NCBI GenBank assembly: GCA_963810965.1
Contig: CAWEPT010000012.1
Location: forward strand, 4,314 to 68,313
Origin: an uncultured delta proteobacterium
GTDB lineage: Bacteria > Desulfobacterota > Syntrophia > Syntrophales > UBA2192
Direction: 5' to 3'
DNA length: 64,000 nucleotides
Part shown: one piece after another, positions 13,044 to 22,853 of the stretch
Layout of the letters: every line of letters begins with the position of its first letter
Position numbering within the stretch: position 1 is the stretch's first letter
Translations under genes and position numbers: made by a program
The notes under the pieces: generated by a model
What the model was told of the DNA's origin: nothing
What the model saw: the letters and a program-made list of their open reading frames with translations, nothing else
Databases searched by the model: none

Positions 13044-13709
13044 ATGGAAGCAATCGAGTTGAAAGCGAGTATTCGCAAGGAATCGGGTAAGGGGCCTGCC
13101 AGGAGACTGCGGGCCGAGGGGCTCGTTCCTGCCGTTCTATACGGATCAGGGGCGGAGTCAACCATGCTTTACATCAATGCGGCGGAGCTGATCAAGATCA
13201 TCCGGGCCGAAAAGGGCGAAGCGGGATTCATCAAGCTCGTCATCGACGATGCCGGGAAGAAGTCGGAGAAGATCTCCGTGATCAAGGAGCTCCAGACGAA
13301 CACGATCACGAAGAAGATCGTCCATGTCGATTTCTACGAGATCCGGATGGACAAGAAGCTGACCCTGGACGTGCCGATCCACATCGTGGGCACATCCATC
13401 GGCGTGGAGAAAGGCGGCGAGCTCAAGCAATTCAAGAGAGACGTCAAGATCTCCGCCCTGCCGGGTCAAATTCCCAGGCACATCGACATCGATGTGACGG
13501 ATCTGATGATCGGCTCCACCATTCACGTGAGGGATCTCAAGCTGGCTGAAGGCGTCGAGATCGTCGATGCCGGCAATACCAGCATCGTCGCCGTGAGCGC
13601 CAAGAGAGCCGTCGTAGGCGAGGAAGCGGCACCTGCTGCAGCAGCAGAAGAAGAGGCGGCCAAGGAGCCCGAGATCGTGGGCAAGAAGGGCGCGAAGGAA
13701 GAGGAATAA
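13044..13709 (+). CDS. rplY: 50S ribosomal protein L25/Ctc
   Basis: RKESGKGPARRLR..GLVPAVLYG, HVDFY, and a long C-terminal domain. Confidence 0.93.
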   Translation: MEAIELKASIRKESGKGPARRLRAEGLVPAVLYGSGAESTMLYINAAELIKIIRAEKGEAGFIKLVIDDAGKKSEKISVIKELQTNTITKKIVHVDFYEIRMDKKLTLDVPIHIVGTSIGVEKGGELKQFKRDVKISALPGQIPRHIDIDVTDLMIGSTIHVRDLKLAEGVEIVDAGNTSIVAVSAKRAVVGEEAAPAAAAEEEAAKEPEIVGKKGAKEEE

Positions 13710-13736
13710 CCCCCTTCCCTCACATGAGCGCAATCG

Positions 13737-13775
13737 AAAAACCCCATTTCCATCCGCGAAGCGATGGGGTTTTTT
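13737..13775 (+). terminator. Intrinsic terminator after rplY
   Basis: AAAAACCCCAT...ATGGGGTTTTTT. Confidence 0.6.
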
Positions 13776-13895
13776 ATTGCACGGCAGGTCGGAAGGAACA
13801 AGGTATAAAGCAGCAACGCGTCGGAGTCGGATGCTGCTCCTGATTCCTGACGGCAGACTCCAGTACTCGAATAGACGGAATAGACCGGATAGACC

Positions 13896-14597
13896 ATGAA
13901 GATCATCGCCGGCCTGGGCAACCCGGGCGACCCGTACCGCCTGACTCGCCACAACATGGGATTTCTCGTCGTGGATGCCCTGGCGGACGACTGCGGCATC
14001 GCCATCCAGAAGAAGAAATTCGAGGCGCTGCTGGGCGACGGCCGGATCGGCGAGCACCGCGTGCTTTTCGTGAAACCCCAGACCTTCATGAACCTCAGCG
14101 GCCAATCGATCAGGCAAGTTATCGATTTTTATCAGAAAACAACTGACGATCTCGTCGTCGTCCACGACGACCTGGATCTGCCCTTCGGGACTTTGCGCAT
14201 CAAGGTCGGCGGAGGCGACGGGGGCCACAAGGGGGTCCGCTCCATCATGGATCATCTCGGGGAAGGCGGTTTCACCCGCGTGAGACTCGGCATCGGCAAG
14301 CCACCCTTCAAGGATGACACGGAACGCTATGTCCTGCAGCCCTTCCCGAAGGCGGACCTGGAGCAGCTGGCGGATGTCGTCCGGACGGCCTGCGAAGCCG
14401 TAAGGGAAATTCTCGCTGCCGGCGTCCGGCCGTCCATGAACCGCTTTAACATCCGCGAACGCAAACCGGCTCCGGATACAGACAACATCACCGGAATAAT
14501 TGTTCATTCTTTTCATTTCTCCCTTCTCGACTTCTCAACTTCTCACCTTCTCAACTTCCTCATCCGGACAGGACGCCCGCCGATTTCCCTGATTTAG
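13896..14597 (+). CDS. pth: Peptidyl-tRNA hydrolase (C-terminal extension runs through an 8-mer repeat; the true stop may be earlier)
   Basis: GLGNPG, TRHNMGF, KPQTFMNLSG, HDDLD, GGHKG. Confidence 0.93.
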   Translation: MKIIAGLGNPGDPYRLTRHNMGFLVVDALADDCGIAIQKKKFEALLGDGRIGEHRVLFVKPQTFMNLSGQSIRQVIDFYQKTTDDLVVVHDDLDLPFGTLRIKVGGGDGGHKGVRSIMDHLGEGGFTRVRLGIGKPPFKDDTERYVLQPFPKADLEQLADVVRTACEAVREILAAGVRPSMNRFNIRERKPAPDTDNITGIIVHSFHFSLLDFSTSHLLNFLIRTGRPPISLI

Positions 14598-14716
14598 CGT
14601 CCCGGTCAATAAAATCTTTGACAAAAGAGACAATATTTGCTATGTCACGGCGGCTTTAATGGTTGGTCTCATTTCGGTACTTTTTGAAACTTTATTGATA
14701 TGGAGGAGATGGAGAG

Positions 14717-17128
14717 ATGATTAGCGAGAGAGTCAAACGTGTCCTAAGCGCCGTATCCCTGGCGCTTATCGTTCTGCTCTTTGCGACGCCCCTGTTCGCA
14801 AGCGAAGCAGATTTGGTCATTCCCCCACTGTCGGCCGCTCAGAACCAGCTGCTCATGATCGGCTTCGTGATCTGTTTTCTGGGAATGGGTTTCGGCTACT
14901 TCATGTATGCCAAGGTCAAGAAGATTCGGGCCCACAAGAGCATGCTGGACGTGGCGGAAATCATTTTCCAGACCTGCAGCACCTACCTGATCCAGCAGGG
15001 CAAACTACTTTTCATCCTGTTCGTCTTTATCGGCTCCTGTATTTTCTACTACTTCGGCTTCCTGCAGCACATGGGAATGAAAGACGTCTTCCTGATCCTG
15101 GCCTGGACCGTCGTCGGCATCCTCGGGTCCTACGGCGTGGCCTGGTTCGGCATCCGCATGAACACCCTGGCCAATGCCCGCATGGCCTTTGCCTCGCTTG
15201 AAGGCAAGCCCATGAAGCTGCTCGACATCCCGCTGACGGCCGGCATGAGCATCGGCGTGCTCCTGGTCTGCGTCGAGCTCATCATGATGCTCATCATCCT
15301 GGTCTTCATGCCCCGCGAAGTGGCGGGTGCCGCCTTCATCGGCTTTGCCATCGGCGAGTCCCTGGGCGCCTCCGCCCTGCGTATCTGCGGCGGTATCTTC
15401 ACCAAGATCGCCGACATCGGCTCCGACCTCATGAAGATCGTCTTCACCATCAAGGAAGACGATCCCCGCAACCCCGGCGTCATCGCCGACTGCACCGGCG
15501 ACAACGCCGGCGACAGCGTCGGCCCCACGGCGGACGGCTTCGAGACTTACGGCGTCACGGGCGTGGCCCTGATCAGCTTCATCGTGCTGGCCTGCCTGCC
15601 CCAGTACCAGGCCGAGCTTCTCGTCTGGATCTTCGTCATGAGAGTCCTCATGATCGTCACCTCCATCGGCTCCTACTTCGTCAACAAGATGATCACCGAC
15701 TCCCTCTGGGGCGGGAAAGAGAAGGTCAACTTCGAGGCCGCCCTGACCTCGCTCGTCTGGATCACCTCGATCGTTTCCATCGTCGTGACCTTCATCATCA
15801 GCAAGTGGCAGCTCGGCCACTACCCCAATGAGCTGTGGTTCAAGCTCTCCGTGATCATCAGCTGCGGAACCCTCGCGGCGGCCCTGATCCCCGAGCTGGT
15901 CAAGGTCTTCACGAGCTCCAATTCCCGGCACGTGGCCGAGGTCGTCACGGCCTCCCGTGAAGGCGGCCCCTCGCTGAACATCCTTTCCGGTCTCGTGGCC
16001 GGCAACTTCGCCGCCTTCTGGATCGGCATGGCCATCACGGCCCTGATGTTCGTCGCTTACTATACGAGCACCTTCGGACTTGCCAACTTCATGGAGTACT
16101 CTTCCGTGTTTGCCTTCGGCCTCGTGGCCTTCGGTATGCTCGGCATGGGGCCCGTGACCATCGCCGTCGACAGCTACGGCCCCGTGACGGACAACGCGCA
16201 GTCGATCTATGAGCTGTCCCTCATCGAGACCATCCCCAACGTGGAAAAGGAAATCGAGAAGGACTTCGGCTTCAAGCCCCGCTTCGACGTCGCCAAGCAC
16301 TACCTCGAAGAGAACGACAGCTGCGGCAACACCTTCAAGGCAACCGCCAAGCCCGTGCTCATCGGCACGGCCGTCGTCGGCGCCACCACGATGATCTTCT
16401 CGCTCATCCTGCTTCTCAGGAAGGCCCTGGGAATCCAGCCCGAGATGCTCCTCAACCTGCTCAACCCCTACACGCTGCTGGGCCTGCTCTGCGGCGGCGC
16501 CGTCATCTACTGGTTCACCGGCGCTTCCATGCAGGCCGTCGTGACCGGCTCCTACCGGGCCGTTCAGTACATCAAGGAGCACATCAAGCTCGACGACGCG
16601 GCCAGCCTGAGCGCCTCGACGGAGAACTCCAAGGAAGTCGTGAAGATCTGTACGGTGTATGCCCAGAAGGGCATGTTCAACATCTTCATCGCCATCTTCC
16701 TCTTCGCCCTGGCCTTCGCGTTCCTGTCCGCACCGGTGAGAGGACCGGAATCGACGTCCTTCTTCATCAGCTACCTGATCTCGATTGCCGTCTTCGGTCT
16801 CTACCAGGCCCTCTTCATGGCCAATGGCGGCGGTTGCTGGGACAACGCGAAGAAGGTCATCGAAGTCGACCTGAAGGAGAAGGGAACGCCTCTGCACGCT
16901 GCCGCCGTCATCGGCGACACCGTCGGCGACCCCTACAAGGACACCTCCTCGGTGGCCCTGAACCCCATCATCAAGTTCACCACCCTGTTCGGCATCCTGG
17001 CCATGGAAATCGCCATCGCGCCGGATATGAGGGAGTCCGCCATTGTCGTCGGGGCGATCTTCCTGGCCATCGCCCTGGTGTTCGTCTATCGCTCCTTCTA
17101 CTCCATGAGAATCCCCCTGGAGAAGTAA
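14717..17128 (+). CDS. hppA: Membrane-bound ion-translocating pyrophosphatase
   Basis: EDDPRNPGVIADCTGDNAGD, DSYGPVTDNA, GNTFKATAK, WDNAKK, GDTVGDPYKDTS. Confidence 0.93.
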   Translation: MISERVKRVLSAVSLALIVLLFATPLFASEADLVIPPLSAAQNQLLMIGFVICFLGMGFGYFMYAKVKKIRAHKSMLDVAEIIFQTCSTYLIQQGKLLFILFVFIGSCIFYYFGFLQHMGMKDVFLILAWTVVGILGSYGVAWFGIRMNTLANARMAFASLEGKPMKLLDIPLTAGMSIGVLLVCVELIMMLIILVFMPREVAGAAFIGFAIGESLGASALRICGGIFTKIADIGSDLMKIVFTIKEDDPRNPGVIADCTGDNAGDSVGPTADGFETYGVTGVALISFIVLACLPQYQAELLVWIFVMRVLMIVTSIGSYFVNKMITDSLWGGKEKVNFEAALTSLVWITSIVSIVVTFIISKWQLGHYPNELWFKLSVIISCGTLAAALIPELVKVFTSSNSRHVAEVVTASREGGPSLNILSGLVAGNFAAFWIGMAITALMFVAYYTSTFGLANFMEYSSVFAFGLVAFGMLGMGPVTIAVDSYGPVTDNAQSIYELSLIETIPNVEKEIEKDFGFKPRFDVAKHYLEENDSCGNTFKATAKPVLIGTAVVGATTMIFSLILLLRKALGIQPEMLLNLLNPYTLLGLLCGGAVIYWFTGASMQAVVTGSYRAVQYIKEHIKLDDAASLSASTENSKEVVKICTVYAQKGMFNIFIAIFLFALAFAFLSAPVRGPESTSFFISYLISIAVFGLYQALFMANGGGCWDNAKKVIEVDLKEKGTPLHAAAVIGDTVGDPYKDTSSVALNPIIKFTTLFGILAMEIAIAPDMRESAIVVGAIFLAIALVFVYRSFYSMRIPLEK

Positions 17129-17146
17129 GGAAACAACTTGCCTGAC

Positions 17147-17180
17147 AAAGGGGCCGGCAGCGATGCCGGCCCCTTTTTTT
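17147..17180 (+). terminator. Intrinsic terminator after hppA
   Basis: GGGGCCGGCA-GCGA-TGCCGGCCCC followed by T7. Confidence 0.85.
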
Positions 17181-17393
17181 ATGCTTCGCACCGGCTGCAT
17201 CGCAGCAGTGACCATGTCACCCGGTGACCGGTGGAAGAGCAACCTGCTCCTATCCTCAAGCCTGAGCCGGAACCTGAAGCCTGCGCGACGCTTCATAGAA
17301 ATAACCCTTGACAGCCCGGGACAAACTCAATACTTTCAGGAGACCCCAACCTGCCGACCCTGGCAGCCACACCGACCCTTCAGGGCATTTTTC

Positions 17394-18488
17394 ATGGGCT
17401 TCAACTGCGGCGTTATCGGCCTTCCCAACGTCGGGAAATCGACCATCTTCAACGCGCTGACCTGCGCCGGGGCCGAGGTAGCCAACTACCCCTTCTGCAC
17501 CATCGACCCCAACGCGGGAATCGTCCACGTGCCCGACGAGCGGCTCGAGAAAATCGCGTCGGTCATCAAGCCCCCCAAGGTCACCTACACGACCATGGAA
17601 TTCATCGACATCGCCGGTCTTGTGAGGGGGGCCAGCAAGGGCGAGGGCCTCGGCAACCAGTTCCTCGGCCACATCCGTGAGGTGGACGCCATCGTCCACA
17701 TCGTCCGCTGCTTCGACAACCCCGACATTGCACACATCTACGGCCCCATCGACCCTGCCCGGGACATCGAGATCATCAACATGGAGCTCATCCTGGCGGA
17801 CCTCGACACACTCGAAAAGCGCATCGCCAAGACGGACAAAATCGCCAAGGCCGGTGACAAGGATGCCCGGAAGGCCATGGCAGTCTACCCGCGGTTCACG
17901 GATGCCCTCAAGCGGGGAATCCCGGCGAGAAATGTGCCCGTGCAGGATAACGAGCAGGAGATCCTCGATGAAGCCCACCTGCTGACGTCCAAGAAGGTCC
18001 TCTACGTGGCCAACGTGAGCGAGAAAGTCCTCAAGGAGGATGGACCCTACATCGCGAAGGTTCGCGAGATGGCCGCGAAAGAGGGCTCCGGTGTCGTGGT
18101 GATCTGCGGCGACCTGGAGATGGAGATCGCAAAGCTCGACCGCGTGGAGCGAAAGGAATTTCTGGAAGACCTCGGGCTGAAGGAATCGGGGCTTCAGCAG
18201 CTCATCCGCGAGGGGTGTGCGCTTCTCGATCTCATCACCTTCTACACCACCGTGGGCCCGGAGCTCAGGGCCTGGACGATCCGCAAGGGAACGAAGGCAC
18301 CCCAGGCCGCAGGAAAGATCCACACCGACATGGAGCGGGGATTCATCCGGGCCGAGGTGCTGCACTACGGAGACTTCATCCGTTCGGGGGGTATTGCGCC
18401 GGCAAAGGAGAAAGGGCTCCTGCACTTTCAGGGAAAAGACTACGAGATCGTCGATGGCGACATCGTCTATTTCCGGTTCAATGTGTGA
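17394..18488 (+). CDS. ychF: Redox-regulated ATPase YchF
   Basis: [40 protein letters not shown]-terminal TGS domain. Confidence 0.96.
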   Translation: MGFNCGVIGLPNVGKSTIFNALTCAGAEVANYPFCTIDPNAGIVHVPDERLEKIASVIKPPKVTYTTMEFIDIAGLVRGASKGEGLGNQFLGHIREVDAIVHIVRCFDNPDIAHIYGPIDPARDIEIINMELILADLDTLEKRIAKTDKIAKAGDKDARKAMAVYPRFTDALKRGIPARNVPVQDNEQEILDEAHLLTSKKVLYVANVSEKVLKEDGPYIAKVREMAAKEGSGVVVICGDLEMEIAKLDRVERKEFLEDLGLKESGLQQLIREGCALLDLITFYTTVGPELRAWTIRKGTKAPQAAGKIHTDMERGFIRAEVLHYGDFIRSGGIAPAKEKGLLHFQGKDYEIVDGDIVYFRFNV

Positions 18489-18606
18489 TTTCAGGACTTT
18501 AAATTAGAATATTTTTTATTGACAAGCCCCCTGCGATAGAGTAAAAAGCCATTCTTGAGAACAACTTCCCGTAAGGGTAAAAAGTCAAAAGGAGGTGAAA
18601 CATCTG

Positions 18607-18816
18607 ATGAAGAAGGCACTCGTACTGGTACTCGCCCTTTTGCTCGCCGTTTCTTTCTCTTTCGTAGGTTGCGCGAAGCAGGAGGAGAAGAAGCCCGCGC
18701 CCGCACCCGCAGCAGCACCTGCTCCGGCACCTGAGAAGGCTCCCGAGAAGGCAGCAGCTCCGGCCCCGGCCCCGGCCCCGGCTCCGGCCCCGGCTCCGGC
18801 CCCTGTGAAGAAGTAG
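18607..18816 (+). CDS. Small Pro/Ala-rich lipoprotein
   Basis: SD AAGGAGGTG; signal peptide with lipobox FVGC; (PA)n body; own TTGACA promoter and terminator. Confidence 0.75.
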   Translation: MKKALVLVLALLLAVSFSFVGCAKQEEKKPAPAPAAAPAPAPEKAPEKAAAPAPAPAPAPAPAPAPVKK

Positions 18817-18841
18817 TTACAGACAGGAACAAGGCTGTTAG

Positions 18842-18877
18842 AAAAACCGGGCATCCATCGTGGATGCCCGGTTTTTT
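18842..18877. terminator. Intrinsic terminator, probably bidirectional
   Basis: AAAAACCGGGCATCCA-TCG-TGGATGCCCGGTTTTTT. Confidence 0.85.
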
Positions 18878-18883
18878 ATCGGC

Positions 18884-19031
18884 AGGCTGTTGAAAAACAC
18901 ACATCTGCCGCGTTCGCCCTCGTCCTCTCGTCGATTCAACGTACGCTGATCGGGATGTCACCTGCCTTCCATCTGCAGGGAACAGTGCAAGGACTTCAGG
19001 CGCCTTGCATCTATGCATTTTTGAACAGCCT
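18884..19031. mobile_element. MITE-like element of about 148 bp with 14-bp terminal inverted repeats
   Basis: AGGCTGTTGAAAAA...TTTTTGAACAGCCT (13/14 match); no ORF; related copy at 10343. Confidence 0.65.
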
Positions 19032-19085
19032 ATACAGGATGCGACCGGAGGTGCATCCCGTCAGGAGGTGCAGAGCAAAGGTCAC

Positions 19086-19971
19086 ATGATGAACCGAATC
19101 ATGCGTAGTCTCTTTGCCTTCTTCCTTTTATTGTCTTTCTGGCGGCTGCGGGTCGAAAGAGGTTCCCCCGCCGCAGATGAAACCGCCGGCCAAGGTCGCC
19201 CTTGTTCTGGGGGCAGGAGCCTCGCGGGGATTCACGCATATCGGTGCTCTCAAAATCCTGGAGGCAAACCGGGTCCCGATCCACCTGATCGTCGGAACCA
19301 GCGCAGGAAGCTTTGTCGGGAGCCTGTCTGCGTACGGCTTCACAGCCTTCCAGATCCAGAGCCTCTCCTTTTCCATTGAGAAGGGAGATATCGTAGACCT
19401 GACCGTTCCGGACAACGGGTTCATCAAGGGCGAGAAACTGGAATCCTACGTCAACCACCTGGTGAACAACACCCCGATCGAAAAGATGCGAACCCCGCTC
19501 TACGTGGTGGCCACGGACATCCAGTCGGGAGAGGAAGTCGTGTTCGCCTCGGGCAACACGGGTACGGCGGTTCGGGCGAGTTGTTCCATCCCGGGGATTT
19601 TCCAGCCTGTGAAGATCGGTGCAAAAACTTACGTCGACGGGGGCCTCGTGAGCCCCGTGGCCGTCGACTATGCCAGGAAGATGGGTGCCGACCTCGTCAT
19701 CGCCGTGGACATCTCCACGGGGGCCAACAACGCGCCGCCCCAGACGACGATGGAAACGATCATGCAGTCCGTCGTCATCATGTATTCCAAGATCTCCCAG
19801 AACCAGCTTAGTCGTGCCGATGTCGTCATCCGGCCGAAGGTGAGCCACATCGGCTCGACGGACTTCTCCAAGCGTCACGAGGCCGTTTTGGAGGGGGAGA
19901 AGGCGGCGATGGAAGCGATGCCGGCGATCAAGGCGGCGCTGGACAGGCTGAGGGCAGAAGGAAGGCTCTGA
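19086..19971 (+). CDS. Patatin-like phospholipase lipoprotein (indel in the signal peptide)
   Basis: LGAGASRG, GTSAG nucleophile, DGG motif. Confidence 0.88.
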
Positions 19972-20038
19972 AAGCAGTGATGAAGTGCCTAAGTGCGGAA
20001 GTGTCTGAGTGAAGATAGAGAGAAGCTGAATTTGAGGC

Positions 20039-20303
20039 AAAAAAAATTGGTGGATGACGGACGGCTCATCCACCAATTCTATGTTAAAAGAGAGGTTGTT
20101 CCCCAACCCCCTCCCTTTTCTAACAGGGGGTCGGCGGATGGAAAGGAGGGAACCAAAAACCATCCGCCGATTCGCAAACCTAAAGCACGATCATTGATGC
20201 TGGGTGTCTATTTTATGAGACCTTTAGAGAGGATCTACCCTTCCTATTGGATAAATTCTTTATCTCTCTTATGTTAAAGGTTCCGTCGTCTAAAGGTCTC
20301 GAC
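20039..20303 (-). ncRNA. Candidate sigma54-dependent sRNA 1 with anti-SD loop
   Basis: Sigma54 promoter upstream; 12-bp 5' stem (20217-20228/20289-20300); 11-bp stem with loop UUUUUGGUUCCCUCCUUU; a third hairpin; 13-bp terminator with U-tract; no credible ORF. Confidence 0.7.
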
Positions 20304-20313
20304 ATTACCATAG

Positions 20314-20330
20314 AGCAATAACGATGCCAA
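20314..20330 (-). promoter_or_regulatory. Sigma54 (-24/-12) promoter
   Basis: Minus strand TTGGCATCGTTATTGCT. Confidence 0.8.
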
Positions 20331-20392
20331 TAAATATAAGTTAATGATTGCAGATAGTTATGAATTTATCGGCTGATCTTTCGCCGGCAAGA

Positions 20393-20497
20393 TGTGCGAC
20401 TATCGCACAAATTGAAGGCGGCCTGCCGTGACACGTCCTGAAAATCGATGCTTCGCCGAACGTGCCATATTCGCACAACATGTGCGAATATGGCACT
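20393..20497. promoter_or_regulatory. Three 17-bp dyads (candidate bEBP enhancer sites)
   Basis: TGTGCGACTATCGCACA (20393), CGTGCCATATTCGCACA (20461), TGTGCGAATATGGCACT (20481). Confidence 0.65.
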
Positions 20498-20503
20498 ACT
20501 CTT

Positions 20504-22681
20504 CTAAGTGCCCGTATCCCCGCCTTTTCCAACCTTTTTCAATTCACGAATCAGTGCGTACCGGGAGATATTGAGCAGGGCCGCAGCTTTCGTCTTGTTG
20601 CCTCCGCTCAACTCCAGTGCCCGCTCAAGAATCCGTTCTTTGATCTTGTTCGTGAGTTTTTCGACGGCAAGCTTGTAATCGATCCTGTCCGTTGCCGATG
20701 TGAGAGGGAGCAGATCATCGGCGGGAGCGACGGGATCCCGGGCGGCCGACACTTTTATTTCCGCAGGGATGTTCTCCGGCGTGATGAGACGGCCCACATC
20801 GCGAAGGATCATGATCCGCTCGATGATGTTTTTCAGTTCGCGGACATTCCCGGGCCAGGTGTACCGGCGGAGGATTTCCTCGGCTTCCTTGGCAAACCCT
20901 TTGACCTTCTTGTTGAACTTCCGGTTGAACTCCTCCACGTAGTTGCGTGCCAGCAGCAGGAGATCATCGCCGCGTTCGCGAAGCGGCGGCAGGATGATCG
21001 GCACGACACTGATGCGGTAGAAGAGGTCCTCGCGGAACGAACCTTCCGCCACCATCTTCGAAAGATCCCGGTTCGTCGCAAAGATGAACCGCACGTCGAC
21101 AGGGATGGACTCGTTTCCCCCGAGGCGCCGGATGTATCCGTCCTCGAGCATCCGGAGAAACTTCGCCTGCAGCGGAAGGCTCATGTCGCCGATCTCGTCG
21201 AGAAAGAGGGTCCCCCCGCTGGCATACTCGAGAAGACCGAGCTTGCGCTTCCGGGCATCGGTGAAGGCCCCCGCCTCGTAGCCGAAGAGTTCGCTTTCCA
21301 GGAGGGTCCCCGGGATGGCCGCGCAATTCACGTCGACAAAGCGTTTCTGGCTCCGGTGACTCTGACGGTGAATGGCGCGGGAAACGAGCTCTTTTCCGGT
21401 GCCACTCTCCCCCTGGATGAGGGTATTGGTGTCGTGCTTGGCCACCTCTTCGATGACGTGGAAGATGCCGACCATCTTCTTTGACTTGCCCAGGATGTTG
21501 TGAAACCCGAGAAGGATGTCTTCCCGCTCCTTGAGCTTCTCCACCTCCGTCTTGAGCGACTTCGCCTCGATGGAGAGGATGGAGTGCATGATGGCGCTGT
21601 CATAGGACGTGGCGGCATTATTGACGAGAATGTCGAGAACGTTGATCTGGTCCTGCGAGTAGATGCCCGTCCGCATCCCCAGCAGAAGAACCCCCTTGAA
21701 GCGGTCTTTCACTTTCAGGGGAATCGCCACCTCCGAGGGATAACCTTCGTAGAGGGGTTCGACGGCATCAGGCACCTCATCGGTCTCCTCATCGGTCTCC
21801 TCATCGGGCTTCTGCACCGTGATGGCGTCGCTGTCGAGGGCCCTGCGGATAATCGTCCGGTCGATCCGGAGACCATACTCGTTCTTGTCGTCGATGAACC
21901 CCCGCTCCCCGTCATTGATGAAGACGCGGTTCTTCTCGATGTCGAGGAAATAGATGAGGGCCTTTTCGGCCTTTCCGATCCGAAGGGCGCTCCGGATCAG
22001 GATCTCGTGGATCCGCTCGATCGAGTACGTGGAATTCAGGTCGGAAACGGCCTCCTGAAGGATGAGCAGCTGCTCGATCTTCTCCCGGTTGATCTCGAAG
22101 AGGCGCGTAATGTGGATGATGATGCTCACCTGGTTGGCAAAGGTGAGCAGGATGTCGATCTCGTCGGGAGAAAACCTGGTTTTTTCCTTGGTCCAGACGG
22201 CGATGATGCCGATGACGTCGTCTTCGATTTTCAGGGGCGCATAGAAGGTGGAGCCGCGTTTGTAGAAGGCGGAGATCTTTCGATCCGTCTCCGTCGTGCG
22301 GGGGTCCTTCTCCGAGTCCTCGAGGGCGATGTAATGGCCCGTCTTGGCCACCCGGGTCTCGAAACTGTCATGCTTCTTCAGGCTCAGGTGAACCGAGAAG
22401 GCCCTCTCGGCCTCCTCGTCGCTGTAATTCTTCACGACCCGCGTGATCAGGTTCTCCCGGCTTTCATCGACAAGGAGGATGATCCCCCGGTCGAACCCCA
22501 TGGAGTCGACGACTTCATCGAGGATCTTGCCGAGGATGTCCGCAACGCTGGAGGGGGCCGTCAGGAAGGTGCTGATCTGGAAGATTCCCTTGATCAGCTT
22601 GTCCTTGTCGATGCTGAAGGCCGAGGATGTCCTGACGGGAGGGGGGGGTATCGTTCCACCCTGTTCTATGATTCGCGCCAT
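20504..22681 (-). CDS. Sigma54-dependent enhancer-binding protein (GAF-GAF-AAA+-Fis HTH)
   Basis: GESGTGKE, ESELFG, GAFTDA, FLDEIG, WPGNVREL, GNKTKAAALL; two N-terminal GAF-like segments. Confidence 0.92.
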   Translation of the reverse strand: MARIIEQGGTIPPPPVRTSSAFSIDKDKLIKGIFQISTFLTAPSSVADILGKILDEVVDSMGFDRGIILLVDESRENLITRVVKNYSDEEAERAFSVHLSLKKHDSFETRVAKTGHYIALEDSEKDPRTTETDRKISAFYKRGSTFYAPLKIEDDVIGIIAVWTKEKTRFSPDEIDILLTFANQVSIIIHITRLFEINREKIEQLLILQEAVSDLNSTYSIERIHEILIRSALRIGKAEKALIYFLDIEKNRVFINDGERGFIDDKNEYGLRIDRTIIRRALDSDAITVQKPDEETDEETDEVPDAVEPLYEGYPSEVAIPLKVKDRFKGVLLLGMRTGIYSQDQINVLDILVNNAATSYDSAIMHSILSIEAKSLKTEVEKLKEREDILLGFHNILGKSKKMVGIFHVIEEVAKHDTNTLIQGESGTGKELVSRAIHRQSHRSQKRFVDVNCAAIPGTLLESELFGYEAGAFTDARKRKLGLLEYASGGTLFLDEIGDMSLPLQAKFLRMLEDGYIRRLGGNESIPVDVRFIFATNRDLSKMVAEGSFREDLFYRISVVPIILPPLRERGDDLLLLARNYVEEFNRKFNKKVKGFAKEAEEILRRYTWPGNVRELKNIIERIMILRDVGRLITPENIPAEIKVSAARDPVAPADDLLPLTSATDRIDYKLAVEKLTNKIKERILERALELSGGNKTKAAALLNISRYALIRELKKVGKGGDTGT

Positions 22682-22800
22682 GAATCCATCCCTTATTGGG
22701 TCCAGGGTAAAGGGTTAAGGGTACAGGGGACACGGGGAACCCGCTCATAATTCCCGTACATCCGATGGGCCATCTCCGCCAGGGACGGGAAATAACGCGG

Positions 22801-22853
22801 TTTATAGCAGGATGTTTCGCCTTTTTCAACCTATTCCGTGCGAAACTTGCACA
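22801..22853 (-). promoter_or_regulatory. Sigma70 promoter of the bEBP gene with an adjacent 17-bp dyad
   Basis: Minus strand TTGAAA-N17-TATAAA with extended -10 TG; dyad CGTGCGAAACTTGCACA at 22837-22853. Confidence 0.6.

Noticed and set aside
20131-20170. Plus-strand reading of the hairpin as an RBS or a CsrA-binding GGA loop
   Set aside because: No start codon follows at either locus. The promoter, the terminator U-tract and the G-U pairs all point to the minus strand.
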